64,000 nucleotides of DNA. It comes from Octopus bimaculoides (Eukaryota). Shown here piece after piece: positions 51,358-64,000 of this stretch. The notes beneath the pieces are model-generated. The model was given only the letters and a program-made list of their open reading frames with translations, did no database searches and was not told the origin of the DNA. Location of the stretch: assembly GCF_001194135.2 (NCBI RefSeq), contig NC_068990.1:61946046-62010045 (forward strand), given 5' to 3'. Both the position numbers and the translations under genes were made by a program. Position 1 is the stretch's first letter; the number at the start of each line of letters is the position of its first letter.

Positions 51358-52214
51358 CAAGAAGGAGAATATACTCGTGGTTCCTATTTACGGTAGAGTG
51401 GACTGAACCTGCAATAATCAAATATGATAGCCATGAAGGCAGTGCAGTACCAAAAATTAGAATCAGACTACAAACTGCAGATAATTAACCAGCAGTATTA
51501 ATTTGATGAGCTATGAGATTTACTATAGGAGAAATAGTCGGTCATCGAAATACTTTATCTTAGAACACAGAAAGACTATCTGAATTTGTAGAACAGATAA
51601 ACCCACATGAGCATAAGAAAAAAATGTTATTAAATTTATTGCATAAAAAAAGGAAAAGTAAGTAAGCTGTTCGGTAACATTTTAATGTGGTAAGAAAATG
51701 ACTGTTGGGTTAAGACAGTAAAACAGCAAAAAGTTAAAATGACTAAAAATTTAAAAAAAATAAAAATATAGAAATAATAAAAAGCTGATAGAATAAGTGT
51801 GTTGAAAACACATATGATTAAGTGAATACTTTTTTTTCTAAAAATATGAAAACAGAGTGAGATTTAAAAGTAAAACAGAAAAAAAAAATATTTAAATCAA
51901 AACAAACAAAATTTACTATATAAAGAATTCCTGTGCAGTATTTCTGTTTCTATTTGGTAAAGAAGAGAATTCTAGGTATCGGTTTCTGTGCTGAAAATGC
52001 AGACTTGCCTTTTCCCATGTCTCTTTAATTAGTGCTCAGAGAAAGTGTGTTAGACTAGCAGCAAACCTCAGCTAACTGACAGCCACCACTGTTTGAAATT
52101 GAACACACTATAATAAACTGTATTGATTGAAATTTCTGATGTGCAAGTTAATGTGTGAGAGTGCACAAGAGAGAGAGAGAGAGAGAGAGAGAGGGGGAAG
52201 AGAGAGAGGGGGGA

Positions 52215-52245
<31 letters not shown>

Positions 52246-53204
52246 AGAGAAAATCGAAGTAAGAGGAAGACTTACTGAAAGTGTGTGAAAAAGTGAGAAG
52301 GAGAGAGAGAGACTAAAGCTGAGAGAGTTATTTTAAAATGAAAAAAGAGAGAGAGCAAGGGAGTTTAACGAGTTGGTGTGTATTTATTTATTTGTGGATG
52401 CAAGGAAGAGAGGAGAAACAGAGGGGAAAGTGAGAGAGTTAAAGAGAGGATGTGTGAGTGTTTGTGTGCATTTGTACACGTGAGTGTCTGTGTAGGTGTG
52501 TCTTTATTTTCATAATGTGATGGCGATGATGGGGAAGTTTGGATAGGTTGGGTGCGGACATTAAGTTTAGAGATAATGCTTCATTATTTCAGTGGAGTAA
52601 GTAAATATTACCAAAGGGATTTAAGACTGGTACAGAATAAGGTCAATGATTAGATTAACAAACCAGATAAAGGGCCAGGGAAGTGTCTCTTTTAACAATG
52701 GCAATAATTCATAAAACTAAATAGACTGTTGAGGACTTGCATAACATTCTGCTAACAGTCTTCTTGAAGATAAAAAAAAAACAAAAAAACACCTCAATAA
52801 AAATAAATATCAACAGCTTTCTAGTTTAGATTTAATGTAAATTTCATAAATATTTCTGCAATCTAAAAGGACAGAGAGTAATATATAAATAAATAGGTAA
52901 AGATACAGCTAGCAACTTACTTCCCTCTCATCAAACCCGTCGAGGTAATGGAGTGCAACAGTGGTGGAAGTGCACGAGGATATTGCCTCCTTTGTGGTGT
53001 ACTTTATACTATGTTAAACTTAGCATTACGTTAATGAATCTTAAGACAGCAGGCATAAGGCATTAAACTAGTGGGTAGAGTCAATAACAGAAACCTAAGA
53101 AAGCTTGGGTAGAATCCACCCAAAACTTCCTATGTACAGATTTCTACTTGGCAATAAGAGCAAACTGTCGCAAGTAATATTCAGTTTTCATCATTTATCA
53201 AATT

Positions 53205-53539
53205 TAGTGGTTCTCAATTGGGATCCATATGGCCCTTGAGAGTTCATATAAGATTTTGGTGGGGTCCATGTAACAAAATACTAAATTGGGGATCCACAAT
53301 AATATTTTAAAGGTCCATAAAAAATTTTGCTTTCGTTGTATGTATTGGCATTTATTGCAAGAAACAGCTAGGTGTCTTTCTCTAATGTTCAACCTGCACA
53401 AGTTAATGTTTGAAAAACGAAATAGGAATTTTGTAAGAAATATCTATAAAACTATTTTTTTAGCATCAAATGGCTATGGGCACCAGAATGAAATAGTAAT
53501 TGAAGGGGTCCATAGATAAAAAATGGTTGAGAACACCTG
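53205..53539. mobile_element. hAT MITE with an 8-bp target-site duplication
   Basis: TAGTGGTTCTCAA...TTGAGAACACCTG, flanked by ATCAAATT and ATCTAATT (7 of 8). Confidence 0.8.
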
Positions 53540-53892
53540 ATCTAATTAATGTTAATCACAGAACCCTAATGAATAAAGAGCTAAACATTGTTTCTAAACT
53601 TGAAATTAAAAACACTTAAATTGGATATAGCTAAGTCTCTAAGCTGAGGGCTTACAGTTTGGTTTTAGCCTACTTTATGATCATGCAGCCTGCAATCCAA
53701 GAAGGGTAGATTTGGCAGTACAGTGAGATATTACTCGACATTTACAATGATAAAGATGACACTGTGATGAAACAAGCTCAAATGCATCGAGTTTAAAGCT
53801 TCTCTTACAGAGATCTGTGAGAAATGAAGTTTAGTGCTGGTCGTATATTGAGTTAAGAACTGGACCAAGATATTTACTTTTGAGCAAAGACA

Positions 53893-54047
53893 AAAGAGAT
53901 GTGGCTGTGTGATAAGAAGTTTGCTTCCCAGCCACATGGTTCCAGGTTCAGTACCATTGTGTGACACCTTGGGCAAGTGTCATCAGCTATAGCCTCGAAT
54001 TAATTAAAGCCTTATGAATGGATTTGGTAGACAAAAACTGAAAGAAG

Positions 54048-54094
<47 letters not shown>

Positions 54095-54300
54095 CATGTC
54101 TGTGCTTGTCCCCCACCACTGCTTGACAACAGGTGTTTGTTTACATCCCTGTAACTTAGCAGCTTGGCAACAGAAATCAATATAATAAGTTCCAAGCTTA
54201 AAAAAAAAAATAACAATTACTAGGGTTAATTCATTTGACTAAAAATTCTTCAAGGGCAGTGCCCCAGCATAGCCACAATCTAATGACTTAAACTGAAACA
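53893..54300 (+). mobile_element. SINE family A, full length
   Basis: Head, GGTTCAGTACC, core, (TG)n and GGCAGTGCCCCAGCATAGCCAC tail. Confidence 0.85.
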
Positions 54301-55945
54301 AAAAACAAAAAAAAAAAATTATGTGAAACAGTATTGAAATATTTACATTAAAAAATTGAAGTATGCGTTGTCTTATATAATTATGAGTTATATAATTAAG
54401 TGTTTTCTTATATAAGTACTTATTCGTGTATGTCTATTTACCAGTTACAAACTAGTAGCTGCCTACATAGTTATCTGTATATTTCAGTTACATGATAGTA
54501 CACTGCAGTATCTGTTTGTTTATGTAGTCAAGTAAGGTATTATTCTATTGCATTATGCACGTGCAAATTATAATCTGTTGATAAATGGCAGTGTGCCAAG
54601 TTATCAGCAGCAGGCCTAGGAGAACCCAAAAGAAATCATAAGGAGAATCAGCATAAGCAAACAGGTGGGTCACAGCAGCTGTTTGAAATACCAAAGATAT
54701 TGCCTTACTGTTGACATTGTTCTGCAATGATTCCACCGTACCTCCGCAACAAGTATAATTATCACAACAACTAACTTGGCTGATTCCTTCCTTCTCCTAA
54801 CCCACACATTTCACCAGACTGTCTGTCAGGTGCTCCCTTATGTAGCAATTTATATATGCATTCAGTAGCAGAAACAGCACCTCGCTGCCAAGAGAAATTG
54901 GATACATTAGGGTTAGACAGATAAATATCCCGATTGAAGCAGACACTCAAAGAAGAAGTAGTTACAGCTTGTAAACTATGAATATGGGCAACAATCACCT
55001 GTAGATATAGAGCAAGGGGAAGTAGATTAACCAAAAACAAAAAATACATATATATATATAAATAAAGAGAATTTAACAAAAGTTACTGTAAAAATATATA
55101 TTTAATAAAAAAAAGTAAAATAAGATAAATGAAAAAAAAGAAGAAGAAAAAGAAGAGAATTTGAGTTATGGTTAGAGTTATAGGGAGGGAGAATAGGAGA
55201 ATGTTGGATTGCAACAGGAAATATGGAGAAGAAATAAACAAAGTCAGTAGATGAGAGAGTGGGAGAGACGGTGGGGGTGGGAGGAGGAGGAAAGGAAGAA
55301 AGGAAGGAATAGTGAATTAGTAACAGGTAGAGAGAGAGAGAGAATTAGCAGTGTGTAGGAGGTACTTAAATGAAGCTCATATCAATACGATGAAAATAGC
55401 CTCAGGATGTTTAATTAGTTAAGGAATAGGGGTCTGTATGAAACACTGCAGCATAAAATATACCACTAATTATACATAGTTATGTTGAAATGGATCTGGA
55501 ATACATCATTACACGCCAGTAATGTAACCATCAGTTAACAGTAGTAGTAGAACATCAGGACAAAAGCAGAGCAGATAATAACAAAACTCTACTGTCCACA
55601 CTTTGTGTTGTTATGAATACCAGAATTCCTCACATTTCAATCCTGTAATACTCTTGTAGAAAATCATCAATGACCTCTTAACCTACCCACCCACACATAA
55701 ACAGGCATCTACAATGTTTCATCCTTCTGTTTAACCATTCCTTAACTTGCTCTGAGATCTATTTCAGATTTTAACTTCAGATGCCAAAAGAGTCCTTAAC
55801 CAAGATTTTTGGAACATTTTTTATTCCACCCCCACCCCCCAATTTGTTTATACACAATCAGCTATCTGGTATCTTCTGCTTGCTTCAGTCATTGGACTGC
55901 AGCCATGCTGGAGCACCACCCTGAGGGGTTTAGTCAAACATAGAT

Positions 55946-56260
55946 GGAGGCATGGCTGTGTGGTAAGAAGTTTGCTTCCCAACTACATGGTTCCAGGTAC
56001 AGTCCCAGTGTGTGGCACTCTGAACAAGTGTCTTCTACTATAGCCTGAGGCCAACCAAAGACTTGTGTGTGAATTTGGTAGACAGAATCTAAAAGAAGCC
56101 TGTCATGTGTGTGTGTGTGTGTGTATGTGTGTGTGTTTTGATCCCCTATAACTTAGCGGTTCTGCAAAAGCGACCGATAGAATAAGTACCAGGCTTAATA
56201 GTAAAAAAGAAAAGTACATGGCTACAGTCTAATGAACGAAATAAATAAAAGGAAAAATAA
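55946..56260 (+). mobile_element. SINE family A
   Basis: Matches family A. An inverted family A tail lies just upstream at about 55880-55925. Confidence 0.8.
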
Positions 56261-56356
56261 AAGAGCGATTGATTGCTATTTATTTTCTTGAATACAGATG
56301 ACCCTTGCAGAACAGATGTATAGACATATGTATGTTACAATATTTTTCTTAATGAA

Positions 56357-56570
56357 GGCAGTAAGCTAGCAGGAACATTAACACACCAGGCAAAATGCTT
56401 AACGCTATTTCGTCTGTCTTTATGCTCTGAGTTCAAATTCTGCCAATGTCAACTTTGCCTTTCATCCTTTCGGGATCAATAAATTAAGTACCAGTTACGT
56501 ACTGAGGTTGATCTAATCATCTGACCCCCTCCCCAAAAATTCTGGGCCTTGTGCCTAGTGTAGAAAAGAA
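56357..56570 (+). mobile_element. SINE family B
   Basis: Head, GAGTTCAAATTC, and AACTTTGCCTTTCATCCTTTCGGGATCAATAAATTAAGTACC domain. Confidence 0.85.
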
Positions 56571-56577
56571 TTTTTTC

Positions 56578-56797
56578 CTAAACTATTTAGCATTTAAACT
56601 AACCATATCTGGCTCAAAAGTTATACTTGTTTTAGCTTCAAACTGTCCAAATCTTGCCTCTCTTACCTAGCCTACAATGTCATGCTAAAAATAAATAAGT
56701 ACATCAACACAAAAAAGATAATGCATGATTAATTCAAAGCAATCTGAATAAATAAGCATTACATCTGACAGAGAAATCTGAATGCTAAAGGATTCAA
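56578..56797 (-). mobile_element. piggyBac-like MITE
   Basis: TTTAGCATT...AATCTGAATGCTAAAGG ends. Aligns with 33282-33510. Confidence 0.75.
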
Positions 56798-57629
56798 ACA
56801 TTCCAAGCTTACAAAGACTTGATAATGGCTCATAACTAACAGAACTAGTAGGAATTTCATGTTTTATACAGGTTCCTTCAGTCATTTTGCCTATGGAAAA
56901 TTCTGTTGTCCACACTTTGTGTTATAATGAATACCGGAATCCCTTACATTTCATCCTTGAAACGGACTGCAGTCATGCTGAGGCACCAACTCAATGAGTT
57001 AAGGCAAAAAAATCAACCTCAATTATCAAGTAGTGGAAAGGGGTCACCCCCCCCCCCCACACACACACACAAACAATGGACTTTCATACAGCTTTTGTCT
57101 ATCACATTCCCTCAGAAGGCATTAGTGAAACCTGTAGTAGAAGACATTGCCCAAGGTACCACACAGTGGGACTGAACCTGAAACCATGCGATAGTAGAGC
57201 AAGTTTCTTAAGCACACAGCCAGTTTGTTGAACACTTTTGTTTTGCAGACAAATGTCATTTTGAGAAGAAGATTCATGAGTCAAAGACACTTCTAACTTT
57301 AAACACATCTCTTAGTCGTCCTTCAAATTTTAATTTACTCCAAACATGTGTACCAGTTGAAGATGTTTCATTTCATGAAATATAACTTTACTACAGCCTC
57401 GATCAAGTAGTCATATCTATTTCTGAAAACATGCTGAATGCAATGATTAATGATGAAGACCTGTCCATCAAAAAACATTCCACTAAATCATATTAGAATA
57501 TGAGCAATAAAAAATAGCAACAATGCTTGCTAAGAAGTTAAACATACATGTCTCATTGAGTTTGACAAACATTATGTCCTCCAAATATAGTTGAGGAAGA
57601 ACACAGGACAGGGTAGTAAGTTCTTAATC

Positions 57630-57915
57630 AGAGGCAAATGCCTTCTATTATAGCTTCAGAGCAGCCAAAGCTTTGTGAGTGGATTTGGCAGAAGGAAACT
57701 GAAAGAAGCCACTTCTGTCTGCCTGCATGCATGCATGTGTGGGTGTGTGTGCACATGTTTATGTGTGTGCATGTATGTATGTGCATAAGAGTATGTATGT
57801 ATGTATGTAAATGTGTCTGCATGTCTTTGTGTCTGTCATTGTCTCCCAGCACTGCTTGATAACTGGTGTTAGTGTGTTTACATCTCTGTAACTTAGCAGT
57901 TCAGCAAAAAATTCT
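57630..57915 (+). mobile_element. SINE family A, partial
   Basis: CAAATGCCTTCTATTATAG...GTGAGTGGATTTGGCAGAAGGAAACTGAAAGAAGCC...GTAACTTAGCAGTTC. Confidence 0.75.
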
Positions 57916-57934
57916 GTCGATAAAATTTATCTGC

Positions 57935-58118
57935 AATAAAATTGGTTATACTTAATACACAAAATATTATAATTATTCTTATACGATTCCCAATAATATT
58001 TAATTATAAAACTATAAAAGAACATTTTATTTTAACATTGAATGACTATGGTGGAGGCCCATCCAAGTAAAATAGGAATCAAAGGGGTCCATAAGCACAA
58101 AATGGTTGAGAAACACTG
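57935..58118. mobile_element. hAT MITE right-hand fragment (related to 53205 and 63376)
   Basis: Ends AAGGGGTCCATAAGCACAAAATGGTTGAGAAACACTG. Confidence 0.7.
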
Positions 58119-59166
58119 GGATAGGGGATGGCACAGTCCCAACCAACAAGAAGAACCTTGTGCAATATGATAACACAAAAGGTGGGATTCGAAGAAATTG
58201 ATGCAAGTAACGTTCAAGGTTGCACACTGATACTAAGACAGAAAACCTTAAGGAGTGAACTCCTCAATAATCAGGTTTAACAACAGGAATTTTATTTAAA
58301 AAACCTCCTTCGAGAAATATTTTTTGCTTTGGAGCAACTTTCAGAAAATTATCCAGAATTTGATTGATGAAGCATGAGTCATAAAATTTGATCTGTTATA
58401 AGTAATAATTAGAGGTTCACAAAGGCAAAGCAGTTAACCCTTGATACCTTCCTTTACAAAACTTAAATAGAACCAATAGCATCATATATATATATATATA
58501 TATCTTTAGTGTCTTGTATTTTATACTAGACCCATAAACTAAAGAAAGTATGTATATTCTTTAGTTTATGGTTCATAAATTAAAGTAAGTGTGAAGTACA
58601 TATAATTTTGTCCATAGGGTTTACTTTATTATACGATGCAAGGGCTCAATAGGCCCGCTATACTTGAAATATGAGTATATTTTTTCAATGATTATAAGAA
58701 CTACACAATAACTATGTATTACAATTCCCTGGTAGCAAGATTAAAAAGTAGATCGTATTAAATATATTAATCAAGGTTTTATACACACATACACACACAC
58801 ACAAGTATGTGTGTGTGTAAGAATGTTCAAAAAGAGAAAGGCAATATTTTAGGAACTGCATCAAGATATTATTAGATGCACTAAACGTTTAGCCGTAACA
58901 CTATTAAAACACTAATCTTTATTCTAAACTTATAATAATATTAATTTTGTGTTAATGAGTTTCACTGATGAGAGAGAGAATATAAATATGTGCTGTTATT
59001 AAGACAGTTCCTATTTATAGTGAAACTGAGGCATGAATCATGGTCTTAGTAAAAATATGTTTTATGCTACTTGAGAACCACATCAATAATTCACATATGA
59101 TTAGCAGCCTAGAGCTAGGATTCAGTCTAAGACCAAATCTTACTTTTTTTCCTTTCAAAGTAGTGC

Positions 59167-59391
59167 CTAACCCTTTAGCATTCATATTATACTGTCAGAA
59201 TGCTGATTTATTCATATTGTTTTGTATTAATCATGCATTATGTTGTAGCTTTGAGAATTTGAAGAGATAACTGCTAATTTTTCAAATGATATTGTAGGGT
59301 TGGTGTGAGAGGCCATATCTGGCCAGTTTGAACATAAAACTGGAAGAATATTTTGGCCAAATATGGCTAGTTTAAATGCTAAAGGGTTTAA
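59167..59391 (+). mobile_element. piggyBac-like MITE, short reference copy
   Basis: CTAA-CCCTTTAGCATT...AAATGCTAAAGGG-TTTAA: CCC/GGG termini with TTAA-like flanks, the known piggyBac signature. Confidence 0.8.
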
Positions 59392-59489
59392 ATAAGAAAA
59401 CTACTATTATTTCACTTGTTACAGACATTTAGAGACGTATCTCCTTCTCTCTATTCTACTCATCCTCTCTCTTGCACACAAACACACAT

Positions 59490-59775
59490 ATCACCATCAT
59501 TATTAAAAGCCCATTTTCCATGCTGACATGGGGCTGCGCCAGGCTCCATTATCTATTCTGACATTTCTACAGCTGGATGCCAACCTTCCTAATGCCAACT
59601 ACTCCACAAAGTGTACTGGGTACTTTTTATGTGGCACTAGCACCAGTGTTTTTAACGTGGCACCAGCACCACTGCTTTTGATGTGACACCAGCATGAGCG
59701 CCTTTTATGTGGCACCAGCACCACTGCTTTTTCTGTGGCACCAGCACGAGTGCCTTTTATGTGGCACCAGCACAT
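59490..59775 (-). mobile_element. RTE-LINE 3' UTR with an expanded internal repeat of about 25 bp
   Basis: Tail motif followed by about six TGTGGCACCAGCAC-containing units. Confidence 0.75.
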
Positions 59776-60480
59776 ATCTAGCCATCTTAAAGAAATAATG
59801 AAAGGATCAATAAGTTATGCTAGGAAGATTTTCATCTTGTATAAAAGAATAAAGCCTGGAAAACATCTTAGTGGTGTTTGTACTTCAGAGACAGGTGAAT
59901 GTGTAAACATACAAAGCAGTCTTGATACACCTCAGAGGACTAGTAACCCTAAATGATGATGGAATATAGATAGAATAATAGCCCTTATTACAGATATAAA
60001 CAGTTGAGAGGAAGAGAAGAGAAAAACTGAAGATTAAAAGTTAAACCAGACTGAAAAGTTTTGCAAATAAATAACACTGTTGACTGAAATAAATAAGTAG
60101 ATTCTTAGGGATGCAATGGAAAATTCAAGAATAAAATGAATAAATGCTAGAATAAAGTGAGTGAGCAATGATGGCATGAAAAATAGGACAACAGCAAAAA
60201 GAGACAAGAACAAACCTACTTGACTTCTTAAAAAGTGTATGCCAATATAATAGAGTTGCAAGAAAGCAATTTCTCTAAGTACATCCTCTCAGTAAGTGAG
60301 ACATGCATTCAATGAGATAGTGGAGCAATAATTTGTAAACAGATTCAATAAGGCACACACTGGCTGTGACATATGAATATTGCAATACTCCAGGAAGATA
60401 TCAACAAGATAACCATTGTTAGAGATGAGATAATGATTTCAACAACATCAACAATATATAGATAAATTTATATATATATA

Positions 60481-60639
60481 GGTGCAGAAGTGGCTATGTG
60501 ATAAGAAGCTTACTTCCCAACCACATGGTTCCAGGTTCAGTCCCACTGCATGGCTCCTGGGGCAAGTGTCTTCAACTATACCTCAGGCTGACCAAAACTT
60601 TGTGAGTGGATTTGGTAGATGGAAATTGAAACAAGTCCA

Positions 60640-60700
<61 letters not shown>

Positions 60701-60940
60701 AGTGGTGACTCTGACACTCGGGCTGTTCGAGCTTAACCCAAGTATAAATTTACTTGGGCTAAATTTACTATAAGTGTTCGTGTGATTACACCCCCGTAAC
60801 TTAGCAGTCCAGCAAAATTGACCCACAGAATAAGTACTAGGCTTAAGAAATAAGTCCTGGGGTTGATTCATTCAACTAAAAATTCAAGGTAGTGCCGCAT
60901 GGCCGCAATCTAATGACTGAAATAGGTAAAAGATAAAAGA
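60481..60940 (+). mobile_element. SINE family A, full length, with internal (TA)n
   Basis: GGTGCAGAAGTGGCTATGTG head, GGTTCAGTCCC, core, and GCATGGCCGCAATCTAATGACTGAAA tail. Confidence 0.85.
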
Positions 60941-62004
60941 TATAGAGAGAACCGGAGAGGGCAGGATTACAAGTAGAGATTTATATCCTGTCAATTTTTG
61001 GTTTTTTACCACACCTGTATTGCACAAAATAACAAACGTAAAATATTATCACAATCATCAAATACAAAATACCAAAACATACTTTTGACAGTGCTAGTAG
61101 AGACACTGGAGATTTCATTGTTTTGCTTCTATTTGTCCCAAAATACATATTTAGCAATTATTGTCAAAATCTCAAAACGTAGCCATAAGTTTTCTTTCAA
61201 ACTTAACATAAGCTTAAGCTTTTATTGAGGGCAAAATTCTCTTACACCCTTATCTTTGTTATGGTTAAATGAGAGCAGGCTTTATGGCCCAGAACTCATT
61301 TAACAAAAGCTTATGACAGCTATCACATATATTCCATTTACTCAATAATAGAATGTACATGCTCCATGTAATTTGACAATCAGATCAAGTTGGATCTAGT
61401 TTCAGGATGTTTGTTTTATTTATTTTTTGGCTTAGCAGTATGGTTGGTTAAAGAAGGTAAATATTTGTAGACTCCATAAACTGTTGTTGCGCCAATTAAT
61501 GTCAATGGCCAACTGATATTCCAGCCATTGTTTGTTCTAATACCATACAAATGTGTTTCAATAAAAACTTTAGTAAGCAAATTTTAATATTTGCGATCCT
61601 AGAAAACCCCTCAAAGTGATGGAAAAGCTAATTATCACACAAATTCACAATGAGGACATCTGGACAGAACTGTCGCCTTGCCCATACCTGAAACATTGTA
61701 ACAAATAGTTTGTGCAAAAATCGATAGCTATCTGGATAACACTAAGTTTTGTGCTGAGTGTAAAGGCTACCAACATGATCTTTGCACTAAATGTTTTAAA
61801 CTTAGCAATTTTCTTTTCTTTCTTTTTTTTTTTTGTTTTGCATTATGAAAAGATGTTGAAGTCTCCTCTTGTGGGCATAAATGTTAACTGCATTTTCTCT
61901 AGACTCCTAGACAAATATAATTAACTAGAGAAAATCCTTAACTAGAGAAAACAATATAAGTTAAACATTTAAAATACAAGGGACAAATCCACTCATATAA
62001 ATTC

Positions 62005-62005
<1 letters not shown>

Positions 62006-62074
<69 letters not shown>
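62006..62074. repeat. (GA)n microsatellite
   Basis: Visible directly. Confidence 0.97.
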
Positions 62075-62077
<3 letters not shown>

Positions 62078-62350
62078 TGTCCTCTACATCTGGAAGTTCT
62101 AATATATTAAACAACAGAAGGATATTGTCAAGTTTAGTTTGATGAACACAGGTGAATATTAGAAAGTTACTATTTTTCTAAGACAGCTTTAGCTAAATCT
62201 AATTTTAGGGTTGAATTTGACATTCTTGAAAAAATATAATACACATAAATGTTTATTATCAAATGTTTTTCCATGCTTTTACATCTGAATTTATCAGTCC
62301 CAAACTTTATTTCAGAGAATGGTATATAAATGATGATATGATAACATTAA

Positions 62351-62392
<42 letters not shown>

Positions 62393-63375
62393 GCACGTAC
62401 ACACACATATATAAACACCGACACCCGTGTGTGTGTGTATACACTATTTTACATGAAATCAGAAAAAGTACATTAAAAAGAATAATTTCAGGATGATTGC
62501 ACAATGCCATAGATCAGATTTAAACATCAGTACTATAAAATTGACAGAAGCAACAGCAATTAATATAACTCTCTTCATTAGGATAAAAATTCTGAATAAA
62601 ATATATTACTAAAAACTCCTTTTGAATTGACAAAAAAAAAAATTAAAATTAAAATAAAAAATAAATAGATAAAATAAAACAAAAAACTATTGAAAAGTAC
62701 CATTAGCTTGGGTTATAGTTTGCTGTCTGAACAATTACATTTTTTCTTCTTTTTTTTTTTTATTTTGAGTAATGGAGAACAATAAAAAAACAAAAACTAT
62801 TTAAATATGTCTCTATCATATCAAATTTGTTGCAGAAAGCAGGTCTGTTAATGATGCTATATAGGACACCGTAAGTATTTTGTTGCTGTAGTCTGATGAT
62901 GATGATGATTCTCTTCATTATCATCCCACAGATGTGGATACATTATCATCACTATTGTTATTATTCATACACTATAGACATATACATACATGAACTCATT
63001 GAAGAAATGAGAAAAAAAAAAACAAAAACAAAACAAATGACATAATAATAATAACAACAACAACAACATTGATTTATTACCAAGGCATACTGTCATAAAT
63101 CTTTATGAGGGGGTGTAGGGGGTGGGGTGGAATACATTCAACTGAATCAACTCCTGGGAAATTAAAAGGCAAAGTTGACTGATGCAATATTTGAACGCCT
63201 ACTGTAAAAGGACATAATGGAATTTCTGCAACTCTACCATCGATTAAAATAACAAAAATATTCCTAGCTTTGACAGACAGGCTACAAATGTTTGTGGTGA
63301 GCTGGGTGCTGCAGGCACATGTTTCAAATGACCCTACCCACTTCAAAAGAAGAATGAAAGACATAGTATCTGACA

Positions 63376-63631
63376 CAGTGATTCTTGAACATTTCTTTTA
63401 ATCTATGGGCCCCTCTGATCCCTATTTTACTTGGGTGGACCTTCAGAGTCATTTCATGTTCTAAAAGGACCCTATTATATTTTTATAATTAAATATTATT
63501 AGGAATTGTATAAAAAATTTCTTAGTTTTGTGTATTATAGAAGCATAACCTATTTATTGTATATAAATTTTAGCAACAAAATCTTATATGGGGCCCCCAA
63601 TGGTCATATGAACCCCAGATGAGAACCACAA
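63376..63631. mobile_element. hAT MITE, reverse orientation to 53205-53539
   Basis: CAGTGATTCTTGAACATT...CCCCAGATGAGAACCAC. The interior is the reverse complement of 57935-58118. Confidence 0.75.
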
Positions 63632-64000
63632 GTCTACTCTAACATTGGCTACAAATTCAAACCAGAATACATAAGGAACTTCCTTTCCTTAAATCCATAA
63701 AAAGAAAGAAAAAATAAAAAGGCTAGATTGATTCCAGTCGGATTTGAAATATAATGATGAAACTAAATATACTCGAATACCTTCACTCAGTCCCATTACC
63801 ATTTCTGGCAAGTGGTTTAGTGGCAAAAAAGTTTAGATTCTAAGCAAATATTAGACCAATAATCAATCCTTTAATAGCTTCATCAGGGTCAGTCACAGTA
63901 AAATACTTCAATAAATTATTGTTCCTAACTATTGGCAGAAAAGGGATGGACCATCCAAGAGTCCCCTATGCACAGCTTCATAAATTTGACTAATGACAGT

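Noticed and set aside
54771-55079. 102-aa minus-strand ORF with an acceptor at 54999
   Set aside because: No recognisable domain and no good donor. Open frames of this length are expected by chance in 64 kb.
59889-59894. 6-nt microexon AGACAG
   Set aside because: Poor pyrimidine tract and a weak GTGAAT donor.
4365-63376. Most ORFs in the supplied track (CV-, HT-, YI- and SL-rich, or poly-X)
   Set aside because: They are translations of microsatellites, N-gaps or SINEs and show no domain signature.

Overview
This is AT-rich eukaryotic DNA from a scaffolded short-read assembly with eight N-gaps. The microsatellite density and the SINE/LINE families point to an octopus genome (inference, not verified). 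I found no host protein-coding gene, rRNA, tRNA gene or CRISPR array that I can recognise. Nearly all ORFs in the supplied track are artefacts of (CA)n/(TA)n/(GA)n repeats or N-runs; the exceptions are LINE remnants. The window is mostly interspersed repeats: three tRNA-headed SINE families (my labels A, B, C), many 5'-truncated RTE-LINE 3' ends with (GAT)n tails, one CR1/L2-group LINE 3' end, piggyBac-, hAT- and pogo/Tigger-type MITEs, a Helitron-like 3' end and a Penelope-type minimal hammerhead motif. The best-supported points of interest concern mobile elements: an RTE with a 5' inversion and duplicated junction, a LINE whose tail matches the SINE-A tail, a MITE carrying a tandemly repeated insert, nested insertions and a degenerate hammerhead. 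A few splice-signal or exon candidates are listed at low confidence. I see no convincing new multi-gene system. Many repeat boundaries are approximate.
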